Below, in pieces: positions 18,920 through 26,295 of a stretch of DNA of 64,000 nucleotides (positions are counted from its first letter, which is position 1; each line of letters begins with the position of its first letter). The notes below the pieces were generated by a model. It did no database searches, was not told the origin of the DNA, and was given only the letters and a program-made list of their open reading frames with translations. The translations under genes were made by a program, and so were the position numbers. Origin of the DNA: Candidatus Margulisiibacteriota bacterium (GTDB lineage Bacteria > Margulisbacteria > WOR-1 > JAKLHX01); assembly GCA_041650595.1 (NCBI GenBank), contig JBAZKW010000011.1, forward strand, positions 116 through 64,115, written 5' to 3'.

Positions 18920-19267
18920 CTACTTTTTCATGTGTTTCATTTTCATATTATGGCGCATCGGCATCGTCTTTACCGGTACCCGGGGACCACCCATGCCTTT
19001 CATCATCGGGCACATACCGCCGTCTTTCATCATCGGGCATTGCATTACCGTTTTATGCATTTCCATCATTTTTCCGTAACCATGGCTTCCTATGTAATTA
19101 CCCGCGGAAAAAACCATGAAAGCACCGACCCACAGAAGCACTGCAACCACAAAACCGAATATTCTCAGCAGTTTTTCCTGTTTTTGGTTGACCACCAGCA
19201 CAAAGAAACTGAGCGTCAAAAGAACCGCAGTCGGGACGATGAATAATGATCCTATAGCTCTAAACAT
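18920..19267 (-). CDS. Small two-TM protein with Met/Cys-rich tail
   Basis: Start reset to the ATG at 19267, 8 nt after AGGAGG; the track ORF is 23 codons longer. The tail is MQCPMMKDGGMCPMMKGMGG...MPMRHNMKMKHMKK. Confidence 0.6.
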   Translation of the reverse strand: MFRAIGSLFIVPTAVLLTLSFFVLVVNQKQEKLLRIFGFVVAVLLWVGAFMVFSAGNYIGSHGYGKMMEMHKTVMQCPMMKDGGMCPMMKGMGGPRVPVKTMPMRHNMKMKHMKK

Positions 19268-19345
19268 ACTTATATCCTCCTTCTTTAGTGACCGATGATA
19301 AATCATAACATATAATACGGCAGCGTCAAGCCGCAAAATATTTGT

Positions 19346-19351
19346 TATAAT
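19346..19351 (+). promoter_or_regulatory. TATAAT -10 box 6 nt upstream of the leuC ATG (leaderless arrangement)
   Basis: TGtTATAATtcaagcATG read directly. There is no SD in the gap. Confidence 0.5.
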
Positions 19352-19357
19352 TCAAGC

Positions 19358-20671
19358 ATGAGACAGACAATAACACAAAAGATATTGGCAGCCCATTGCG
19401 GAAAAAATGAGGTGCATCCGGGAGAATTTATCGAGGCGGATGTGGATATTGTACTGGGCAATGATATTACGGCGCCGCCGGCAATAAAAGAATTTGAGAA
19501 AATTGTAGGGGCGGATGATCATCCGCCCGCACGAGTATTCGATAAAAACAAGGTCGTGCTTGTGCCGGACCATTTCACCCCCAATAAAGACATAAAATCT
19601 GCTCAACAAGTGAAAGAAATGCGTATATTTGCCAAAAAATACGGCATAAAACATTTCTTTGAACTGGGTTGCATGGGGGTTGAACACGCATTACTACCTG
19701 AACAGGGAATCGTCTATTCGGGACAACTGATCATCGGTGCCGATTCGCACACCTGCACATACGGCGCGCTGGGCGCGTTTTCAACCGGGATCGGCTCTAC
19801 CGATATGGCGGCAGCTATGGCCACCGGAAAGGTCTGGCTAAAAGTACCTGAAACCATCAAGTTTGTCTTCAAAGGAAAACTGAACAAATGGGTCAGCGGA
19901 AAAGACCTGATCTTATATACTATCGGGAACATCGGCGTTGATGGCGCTCTGTATAAGTCCATGGAGTTCACCGGCCCTGTCATATCCAAGTTATCTATGG
20001 ACAGCCGTCTTTCTATGTGCAACATGGCTATCGAAGCCGGCGGCAAGAACGGGATCATCATACCGGACGAGATAACAAAGGAGTATATAAAAGAACATGT
20101 TGAGGCGACGCATGCGACGCCTCAACGAGCGGCGTCTCAACCAGATCCCATTTATTACACATCCGACCCCGACGCCCAATATTGCAAGGTCATCGAATAC
20201 GATTGTTCAAAGATCGAACCTCAGGTGGCCTTCCCTCACCTGCCTTCGAACACAAAACCGGTGAGCAAAGCCGGCAATGTAAAGATAGATCAGGTGGTGA
20301 TCGGCTCCTGCACTAACGGAAGGATCGAAGATATGCGTATCGCCGCAAAAGTTCTTAAGGGTAAAAAGCGTAATCCTGATATAAGACTGATAATCATCCC
20401 TGCTACACAGGAAATTTGGCAGCAGGCAAACGATGAAGGACTGTTCGATATATTCATGAAGGCCGGAGCCGCGATCTCCACTCCTACCTGCGGCCCCTGT
20501 CTGGGCGGCCACATGGGAATACTTGCCGAAGGAGAAAGAGCGCTTGCTACTACGAACAGGAACTTTGTAGGCAGAATGGGCCATCCGAAATCCGAAGTTT
20601 ATTTATCTAATGCTGCTGTCGCGGCCGCATCGGCGGTTGCGGGCAGGATAGTTTCACCGGAGGATCTATAA
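19358..20671 (+). CDS. leuC: 3-isopropylmalate (or homoaconitate) dehydratase large subunit
   Basis: Aconitase-family motifs [32 protein letters not shown]. Followed by leuD and leuB. Confidence 0.85.
   Translation: MRQTITQKILAAHCGKNEVHPGEFIEADVDIVLGNDITAPPAIKEFEKIVGADDHPPARVFDKNKVVLVPDHFTPNKDIKSAQQVKEMRIFAKKYGIKHFFELGCMGVEHALLPEQGIVYSGQLIIGADSHTCTYGALGAFSTGIGSTDMAAAMATGKVWLKVPETIKFVFKGKLNKWVSGKDLILYTIGNIGVDGALYKSMEFTGPVISKLSMDSRLSMCNMAIEAGGKNGIIIPDEITKEYIKEHVEATHATPQRAASQPDPIYYTSDPDAQYCKVIEYDCSKIEPQVAFPHLPSNTKPVSKAGNVKIDQVVIGSCTNGRIEDMRIAAKVLKGKKRNPDIRLIIIPATQEIWQQANDEGLFDIFMKAGAAISTPTCGPCLGGHMGILAEGERALATTNRNFVGRMGHPKSEVYLSNAAVAAASAVAGRIVSPEDL
20100..20140. repeat. Palindromic element TTGAGGCGaCGCATGCGaCGCCTCAA(+third arm) inside the leuC coding frame
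   Basis: A 26-nt near-perfect palindrome encoding [14 protein letters not shown]. The same core recurs intergenically at 21156-21178. Confidence 0.65.
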
Positions 20672-20672
20672 A

Positions 20673-21149
20673 ATGCAAGGAAAAACGTGGAAATTCAAGG
20701 ATAATGTCGATACCGACCTGATAATACCGGCCAGGTATCTGAACACGCACGATCCAGCCGAGCTGGCAAAACACTGCATGGAAGATGCTGACCCGGCATT
20801 TGCCTCAAAAGTATCCAAAGGCGACTTTATCGTTGTGGGAGAGAATTTCGGCTGCGGATCTTCCAGAGAACATGCTCCTGTTGCCATAAAGGCCGCAGGT
20901 GTCTCGGCGGTGATCGCAAAGTCTTTTGCGAGGATATTTTTCAGAAATGCTATTAATATCGGGCTTCCGATACTTGAAATAAAAGAGACTGACGAAATAA
21001 AAGAAGGCGACCTGCTTGATATAGATATTAAGAGCGGAACGATAAAAGATATGACTTCGGGAAAAACGTTCAAAGCCGAACCCTTCCCGCCGTTCATGCA
21101 AAAACTTATTGATGCGGGTGGCCTGATAAGCTACGTAAAGAGTAAGTAA
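20673..21149 (+). CDS. leuD: 3-isopropylmalate dehydratase small subunit
   Basis: GENFGCGSSREHA motif. 158 aa. Confidence 0.85.
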   Translation: MQGKTWKFKDNVDTDLIIPARYLNTHDPAELAKHCMEDADPAFASKVSKGDFIVVGENFGCGSSREHAPVAIKAAGVSAVIAKSFARIFFRNAINIGLPILEIKETDEIKEGDLLDIDIKSGTIKDMTSGKTFKAEPFPPFMQKLIDAGGLISYVKSK

Positions 21150-21155
21150 CTGTAA

Positions 21156-21178
21156 AGGCGCCGCATGCGACGCCTCAA
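21156..21178. repeat. Intergenic copy of the GGCGnCGCATGCGACGCCTCAA palindrome
   Basis: AGGCGcCGCATGCGaCGCCTcaa lies between leuD and leuB and matches the in-frame leuC copy. Confidence 0.65.
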
Positions 21179-21199
21179 CAACATCATAGGAGGAAAATC

Positions 21200-22255
21200 A
21201 TGGTAAAGACCCACAAGATCGCAGTAATAGGCGGAGATGGGACCGGGCCTGAAGTAGTCGCGGAAGGGTTAAAGGTACTTGAAGTTGTCGGCAAAAAGTT
21301 CGGTGTGAAATACGAACTAACTCATTTTGATTACGGCGGAGAAAGATATCTCAAAACAGGCAAAATACTTGATGACAGCGAAGTTGAAGGGCTGAAAAAG
21401 TTTGACGCTATTTTTCTGGGCGCTATAGGCCATCCGGATGTCGCTCCGGGGATACTTGAAAAAGGGATACTGTTAAAAGCCCGGTTTGGCCTGGACCAAT
21501 ACATAAACCTGAGGCCGGTAAAACTTTATGAGAACGTATGGACCCCGATAAAAGATAAAGGACCGGACGACATAGATTTTGTCGTAGTAAGGGAAAATAC
21601 CGAAGGTCTGTATGTGGGTACCGGAGGCAATCTTAAAAAAGGAACAAAAGATGAAGTCGCCATACAGGATTCGATAAATACAAGAAAAGGTGTCGAAAGA
21701 TGCATACGGTACGCTTTTGAGTTAACAAGAAAGCGGAACAAGAAAAAACAGCTGACCCTTGTCGGCAAGACAAACGTCCTCACCTATGCGTTTGATCTAT
21801 GGTATAGGACTTTTATGGAAGTCGCAAAAGAATATCCTGACATCAAACCCGATTATGCCCACGTTGACGCCACTTGCATGTGGTTCGTGAAGAACCCGGA
21901 GTGGTTTGATGTAATCGTCACCGATAATCTTTTCGGCGACATCATCACCGATCTTGGCGCTATGATCCAGGGCGGAATGGGAATCGCCGCCGGCGGCAAC
22001 ATCAATCCCGAAGGCGTCTCAATGTTTGAGCCGATTGGTGGTTCCGCTCCAAAATATACGGGGAAAAACGTAATAAATCCGCTTGCCGCGATCGGCGCTC
22101 TTCAGATGTTGCTCGAAAACATCGGCGAGGAAAAAGCAGCTCATGCGGTCGAAAAATCGATCATGGCGGCTTGCAAGAAGATGCTCAGTATGTCCGCGGG
22201 AAAAATGGGTTTTTCTACCACCGAAGTCGGCGATATGGTGGCGGAAGGGATATAG
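21200..22255 (+). CDS. leuB: 3-isopropylmalate dehydrogenase
   Basis: Isocitrate/isopropylmalate dehydrogenase motifs ENTEGLYVG and NLFGDIITDLGA. 351 aa. Confidence 0.85.
   Translation: MVKTHKIAVIGGDGTGPEVVAEGLKVLEVVGKKFGVKYELTHFDYGGERYLKTGKILDDSEVEGLKKFDAIFLGAIGHPDVAPGILEKGILLKARFGLDQYINLRPVKLYENVWTPIKDKGPDDIDFVVVRENTEGLYVGTGGNLKKGTKDEVAIQDSINTRKGVERCIRYAFELTRKRNKKKQLTLVGKTNVLTYAFDLWYRTFMEVAKEYPDIKPDYAHVDATCMWFVKNPEWFDVIVTDNLFGDIITDLGAMIQGGMGIAAGGNINPEGVSMFEPIGGSAPKYTGKNVINPLAAIGALQMLLENIGEEKAAHAVEKSIMAACKKMLSMSAGKMGFSTTEVGDMVAEGI
22175..22255 (+). repeat. 81-bp direct repeat, copy 1 (functional 3' end of leuB)
   Basis: 77/81 identical to 23030-23110. Confidence 0.9.
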
Positions 22256-22266
22256 ATTAAATCTTA

Positions 22267-22959
22267 CTACCTATTTTTGACTTTAAATGCTTGCAAAAAC
22301 GTAGCTGTCCCTGCGAGAGAACATATCAATGCAGCATGTTCCATAGCCTCATATGCGCCTAACATAGCAAATGAAAGAAAACCTGCATAACGCGGATCGT
22401 TTTTCGGATCCCTTGTTTTGTCTTTGAATTCACCAATCATGAATGAAACCATATTGATCGACAATCCGCCAGTCTCCATTACTTTCATTGGTTCGTTAAC
22501 CTTAAATTCCACTCTCACTCCTTGATTTCTGAAATTAAAACCGTCTTTCCGTCGGTCAATAGGAAGTAAGTTTCCATGCCATGCTTCAGCAATTAGCTCC
22601 TTTACAGGGCGCGGCAATACACCGCGCGCATCCGCACCACAATAACCATCGAGATGAATTACAATATCCCGAATTGGAGTTGCTAATACTTCCATATCTA
22701 AAAAATTAATCTGGCGCGGGTGAAACGATCCCTCCTGTCTCTTTTTATGCGAAGATAAAGTAATGACGCTTTTCATGCCAGCACTCGTAGCTTCTGTGCC
22801 AACAAATCTTACTATATAAGGGGGATCAATAACTCCTGTTGCCGCATGAATTGTTTTATATCTTCTTTCCGCTCCTTGATTATTCCGAAAAAGAAAAGAA
22901 CCCATCTGTAGGGGAATGTGCTCTTTCGGAAATCTTACTCCTATTGATCTTATTAGCAT
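22267..22959 (-). CDS. Hypothetical protein (single cargo gene of the insertion in the leuB 3' end)
   Basis: 230-aa ORF with AAGGAGG 6 nt upstream. No recognisable motifs. Confidence 0.6.
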   Translation of the reverse strand: MLIRSIGVRFPKEHIPLQMGSFLFRNNQGAERRYKTIHAATGVIDPPYIVRFVGTEATSAGMKSVITLSSHKKRQEGSFHPRQINFLDMEVLATPIRDIVIHLDGYCGADARGVLPRPVKELIAEAWHGNLLPIDRRKDGFNFRNQGVRVEFKVNEPMKVMETGGLSINMVSFMIGEFKDKTRDPKNDPRYAGFLSFAMLGAYEAMEHAALICSLAGTATFLQAFKVKNR

Positions 22960-22998
22960 GTATCTCCTCCTTAAATCTGAATAACCTCTAACACTTTA

Positions 22999-23026
22999 TT
23001 ATCGTTAATTAAATCCCGAAATTTCA
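22999..23026 (-). promoter_or_regulatory. Sigma-28-type promoter (TGAAAT-N16-CGATAA)
   Basis: Sense strand aTGAAATttcgggatttaattaaCGATAAt. The -10 box ends 40 nt before the ATG at 22959. Confidence 0.6.
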
Positions 23027-23029
23027 TGT

Positions 23030-23110
23030 AAGAAGATGCTCAGTATGTCCGCGGGAAAAATGGGTTTTTCTACCACCGAAGTCGGCGACATGGTAGCGGA
23101 AGGGATCTAA
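23030..23110 (+). pseudogene. Displaced 3' fragment of leuB (direct repeat copy 2)
   Basis: The last 27 codons of leuB are duplicated. The 4 differences are 3 synonymous changes plus TAG->TAA. Followed by the presumed original leuB terminator. Confidence 0.85.
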
Positions 23111-23139
23111 CTCACTAAGATTTCGCTCAAGGTAGTTAT

Positions 23140-23161
23140 GCGGCGGGTTAAAACTCGCCGC
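23140..23161 (+). terminator. Hairpin GCGGCGggttaaaactCGCCGC, presumed original leuB terminator
   Basis: Stem-loop followed by a T-rich stretch, 30 nt after the displaced leuB stop. Confidence 0.5.
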
Positions 23162-23200
23162 TACTTATTTAATGCGTTTTTGCCTCGTCTTAATTTTTTA

Positions 23201-23228
23201 TGAAATTGCACTCCTTTTATATCGATAA
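23201..23228 (+). promoter_or_regulatory. Sigma-28-type promoter (TGAAAT-N16-CGATAA)
   Basis: aTGAAATtgcactccttttatatCGATAAg. Followed by AAGGAGG and the TTG start at 23266. Confidence 0.6.
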
Positions 23229-23265
23229 GTAAATAGTCGAGATCTGTTTTAAGGAGGAAATTCTA

Positions 23266-23994
23266 TTGACTGCTGGATCTTATGTCGTTTCATGCCTGCC
23301 TAAGTTTGAAGGCCGAACATTCAGGGCATTTACTATAATGCGGGGGGAAAAAATGCCCAAATCAATAAGATTAAGAGACGGCTTCATTGATAATCCTGAC
23401 GCAATTTACAAAGCAACCGGTATAAGCCCTGATATTCAAACAGTTTATGGGATTGATGGCCAGGCGGTAAATAAGAGAACGCTTGCTAAACGGTTGACAT
23501 CGGCTTTAGAAACCCTTAAAACAGATGAGAATTTTCAATTTAGAGGGCAACCCGAGCCCTCTCAGATCGCTAATATTCTTTGCGCGAGGATAGGTCTTGA
23601 GGATGATGTTCTTAATATCAACCTCGCACACATTCTCTTCGATGACAACTCGCGATCATGGGTTATGGACAGGATTGGACTTGATTGCGTCACTCGGAAC
23701 GATGCGAGCGTGGCACTCGCAGTATCATATCTAAAACAAACTACTGGAGGAGATCCTACCCTTTTTGGAAAAAAGTTGTTCCTGTTAATACAGCGGAACA
23801 CACGCGATTCTAATCATCAGATCAGCCAGAAGCCTTTTATACGTGCCGTAACCGCAGGTGTTATTGATATTGCTGATCAGGGAGTGTTAAGTCAAGTAAT
23901 TAGCAGCATGGCTAATATGGAAGTTACTGGCCGTTTCGAGGACGAACTTACGCACCTTTGTATCATCTGGGGTAAAATGTTTCGCCCTGATTAA
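23266..23994 (+). CDS. Hypothetical protein
   Basis: 242-aa ORF. TTG start 7 nt after AAGGAGG. No recognisable motifs. Its 3' end overlaps the dinB 3' end by 32 nt. Confidence 0.55.
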   Translation: MTAGSYVVSCLPKFEGRTFRAFTIMRGEKMPKSIRLRDGFIDNPDAIYKATGISPDIQTVYGIDGQAVNKRTLAKRLTSALETLKTDENFQFRGQPEPSQIANILCARIGLEDDVLNINLAHILFDDNSRSWVMDRIGLDCVTRNDASVALAVSYLKQTTGGDPTLFGKKLFLLIQRNTRDSNHQISQKPFIRAVTAGVIDIADQGVLSQVISSMANMEVTGRFEDELTHLCIIWGKMFRPD

Positions 23995-25198
23995 GATCCG
24001 GCTCCAGCTTCTGCCTCGACGTCATGCCTGTCTTCTCGGCAAGTTCGTTGTAAATTATGCTCGCTCTTGTCACGGTAAAATCCCCGTATCTGTCATTTAT
24101 TTCGTCCATCGCGGCAAGAGCGGCTCTTTTTTTGCCTTCCTGATCGAACAGACTTAGCTGGTCCGCGTTCCTGATCAGATCGGAAAGTGCCACTCCCACC
24201 AGCCTAATAGGGCGTTCCATTTCTACCATACTCAGCGCGCTTATATAAACGTCATAGCCGTCATCTATATAATCATGTATATTCTTCTGCCTGCCATACC
24301 CTGAAAAATCTCCGTACCTTAAATACAAGCTTACTACCCTGCCCTTATACCCGTATTTTCTGGCGCGGCGGCCTACCTGCTCCGACAACCGGAGAAGATA
24401 GCTTTTTACGATATCCGGGTCTGACTCGTCTTTTGGCAAAGTATAAGAGTGACTTATAGATTTTGCGTCTTTGATATTGTTTTGAGGATCGACAGGATCA
24501 TCATCTATGCCTTTACCCATATTGGAAAGATGCACCCCGCACACTAGCCCGAATTTACTCACCAGCCTTTGCACCGGATATTTGGCAAGGTCCGAACACA
24601 TCCTTATTCCGAGAGAATTGAGCCTTTTCTTGAGTTGTCTGCCAACACCACAGAGATCTTCTACCGGTATAAATTCAAATACGATAGAAATTTCGTCCTC
24701 CCCTATTTTTGTCAGGCCGTCGGGCTTTTTCATCTCGCTGGCAAGCTTTGCTACAAGCTTGTTCGGCCCTATACCGATCGAACAGGTCAGACGGAACCTC
24801 TCTTTTATCCTTCTTTTGATATCTTTTGCGATCTCTATTTCTCCTCCGTATCCGTCTTTAACCCGTGTAACATCAAGAAAGGCCTCGTCAATTGAAAAAA
24901 CCTCGACAAGGTCCGTATAATCCCGGAGCATTTTGATTATTTCTTTTGAAGTATATACATATTTGTTCATATCTCCTGTGACTACTATGAGCTCAGGACA
25001 TTTTTTTAAGGCCTCCCACGTGGGCATACCGGTCTTTACCCCGCGGGCGCGCGCTTCATATGACGAGGTCGCGACAACGGTCCTTTTGCCTATCCCTCCG
25101 CCCACGGCAATTGGCTTTCCGCGAAGCAGAGGATTTGCCGCCTGCTCGACCGAGGCAAAATAGGAGTTCATGTCGACGTGGAGGATTATTCTGTTCAT
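23963..25198 (-). CDS. dinB: Y-family DNA polymerase IV
   Basis: VDMNSYFASVEQ and SIDEAFLDVT motifs. Start reset to the ATG at 25198 (MNRIILHVDMNSYF), because the 15-codon track extension is encoded by a REP palindrome. Confidence 0.9.
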   Translation of the reverse strand: MNRIILHVDMNSYFASVEQAANPLLRGKPIAVGGGIGKRTVVATSSYEARARGVKTGMPTWEALKKCPELIVVTGDMNKYVYTSKEIIKMLRDYTDLVEVFSIDEAFLDVTRVKDGYGGEIEIAKDIKRRIKERFRLTCSIGIGPNKLVAKLASEMKKPDGLTKIGEDEISIVFEFIPVEDLCGVGRQLKKRLNSLGIRMCSDLAKYPVQRLVSKFGLVCGVHLSNMGKGIDDDPVDPQNNIKDAKSISHSYTLPKDESDPDIVKSYLLRLSEQVGRRARKYGYKGRVVSLYLRYGDFSGYGRQKNIHDYIDDGYDVYISALSMVEMERPIRLVGVALSDLIRNADQLSLFDQEGKKRAALAAMDEINDRYGDFTVTRASIIYNELAEKTGMTSRQKLEPDLNQGETFYPR

Positions 25199-25205
25199 AT
25201 TAATA

Positions 25206-25235
25206 TGTAGGGGGCGATTGCAATCGCCCCCTACA
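25206..25235. repeat. REP-like palindrome TGTAGGGGGCGATTG/CAATCGCCCCCTACA (family B)
   Basis: Perfect 15-nt arms, between orf71 and dinB. Confidence 0.7.
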
Positions 25236-25451
25236 TTATTCATCGATCTCCCACCTCATCTCCTTGTCATCAAACATCAATTCAAACGTGTTAACGCCAT
25301 CACTTACTGCAAAATGATAAACCTTAGACAAGCCGTTTTTTGTCTGCCATTCATAATTTATCTCCTGTATCCGATACTGTCTGTTTTCAAGAACAAACCA
25401 GACGGGTTTTAATTTCCCTTTTTCGAATATTGTTGCTACTTTTATTGACAT
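25236..25451 (-). CDS. Small hypothetical protein between lexA and dinB
   Basis: 71-aa ORF, same strand, in the lexA-dinB operon position. No recognisable motifs and no SD. Confidence 0.45.
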   Translation of the reverse strand: MSIKVATIFEKGKLKPVWFVLENRQYRIQEINYEWQTKNGLSKVYHFAVSDGVNTFELMFDDKEMRWEIDE

Positions 25452-25458
25452 AATTATA

Positions 25459-25491
25459 TGCGTAGAGGCGGGTTTTAAACCCGCCTCTACA
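25459..25491. repeat. REP-like palindrome GTAGAGGCGGGTTT/AAACCCGCCTCTAC (family B)
   Basis: Perfect palindrome between lexA and orf71. Confidence 0.7.
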
Positions 25492-25507
25492 TTGGTTCCT
25501 GATTTAT

Positions 25508-26101
25508 TTAATATTTCCTGATCAGCCCCATCACCTTCCCCACCAACCTGAAATCATGGTCCACTCTTATCGGTGCATACCGAGAATTATAAGGCTGCAG
25601 CACTACATGGTCCCTTCTTCTGAAATATTTTTTCACTGTGGCCTCGTCATCTATCAATGCGACCACGATATCGCCGTTGTCCGCCTGCGGCTGGGGCTTT
25701 ACGATTATCATGTCACCTTCGTTTATTCCCGCGTCTATCATGCTGTCGCCCCGTACTTTTAATATAAAGCCGTCCCTCATGTTCTTTGCAAAATCCCACG
25801 CTATCGGTATAGTATCCTCTATGTTTTCAACGGCCAGTATCGGCCTTCCCGCCGCCACAGTTCCTACCAGCGGAAGGTTCACGACCCTTTTTCTGCCGAG
25901 GATCTCTATGCTCCTTGCATTTGAATCCCTTTTTATATATCCTTTTTCTTCAAGGGCCTTTAAATGGCTGTACACCGCCTTTGTTGACTTTATTTTGAAC
26001 TGCGCGCAGATCTCCCTTATAGAGGGAGCAAATCCTTTTGTTCCCATAAAATCGCTCACATAATCAAAAATATTCTTCTGCCGGTCTGTCAGTTGTTCCA
26101 T
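25508..26101 (-). CDS. lexA: LexA repressor (S24 peptidase)
   Basis: wHTH N-terminus, VAAG cleavage site, catalytic GDSM and VKKY lysine. Confidence 0.95.
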   Translation of the reverse strand: MEQLTDRQKNIFDYVSDFMGTKGFAPSIREICAQFKIKSTKAVYSHLKALEEKGYIKRDSNARSIEILGRKRVVNLPLVGTVAAGRPILAVENIEDTIPIAWDFAKNMRDGFILKVRGDSMIDAGINEGDMIIVKPQPQADNGDIVVALIDDEATVKKYFRRRDHVVLQPYNSRYAPIRVDHDFRLVGKVMGLIRKY

Positions 26102-26120
26102 GGCGGGGACCTCCTTTTTT

Positions 26121-26200
26121 AGAGCTGAAGCTCTGAAGTGCTGAAGCCCTGAAGAACCGGAGTCCGGATGTGCCTGCCTTCAGCGCTTCAGCCTTAAGCG
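26121..26200. repeat. CTGAAG/CTTCAG 8-nt-period inverted array (family C) in the lexA 5' UTR
   Basis: 4x CTGAAG at 8-nt spacing, a spacer containing CCGGAgTCCGG, then 2x CTTCAG plus CTTAAG. A related array lies at 49659-49773. Confidence 0.7.
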
Positions 26201-26202
26201 CT

Positions 26203-26231
26203 ATTATAGTAAACATTTGTTTACCTGTCAA
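26203..26231 (-). promoter_or_regulatory. lexA promoter TTGACA-N17-TATAAT with LexA-type operator GTAAACAaaTGTTTAC (26209-26224) filling the spacer
   Basis: Both hexamers are consensus. The 7-bp-arm palindrome has the AAC-N4-GTT core of Gram-positive-type SOS boxes. Confidence 0.7.
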
Positions 26232-26295
26232 GGCCCCATGGTTATTGATACAAGTTTTTGCCCCCTGGAAGCGATGTATCATTAAGAGAAATAGT

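Noticed and set aside
22175-23110. The 81-bp duplication as an assembly artefact
   Set aside because: The copies differ at four positions, all synonymous or stop-to-stop. The intervening 774 nt encode a complete ORF with a promoter and SD. Read-level confirmation is still advisable.
26121-26200. CTGAAG arrays considered as CRISPR-like or tandem-operator arrays
   Set aside because: The unit period is only 8 nt with no unique spacers, and the two halves are inverted. There are no cas genes. A REP-like structured element is the better description.
26272-26277. CGATGT upstream of the HExxH gene as a tenth sigma-28-type site
   Set aside because: No TGAAAT-like hexamer lies at the required 16-nt distance, and the -10 box deviates at two positions.
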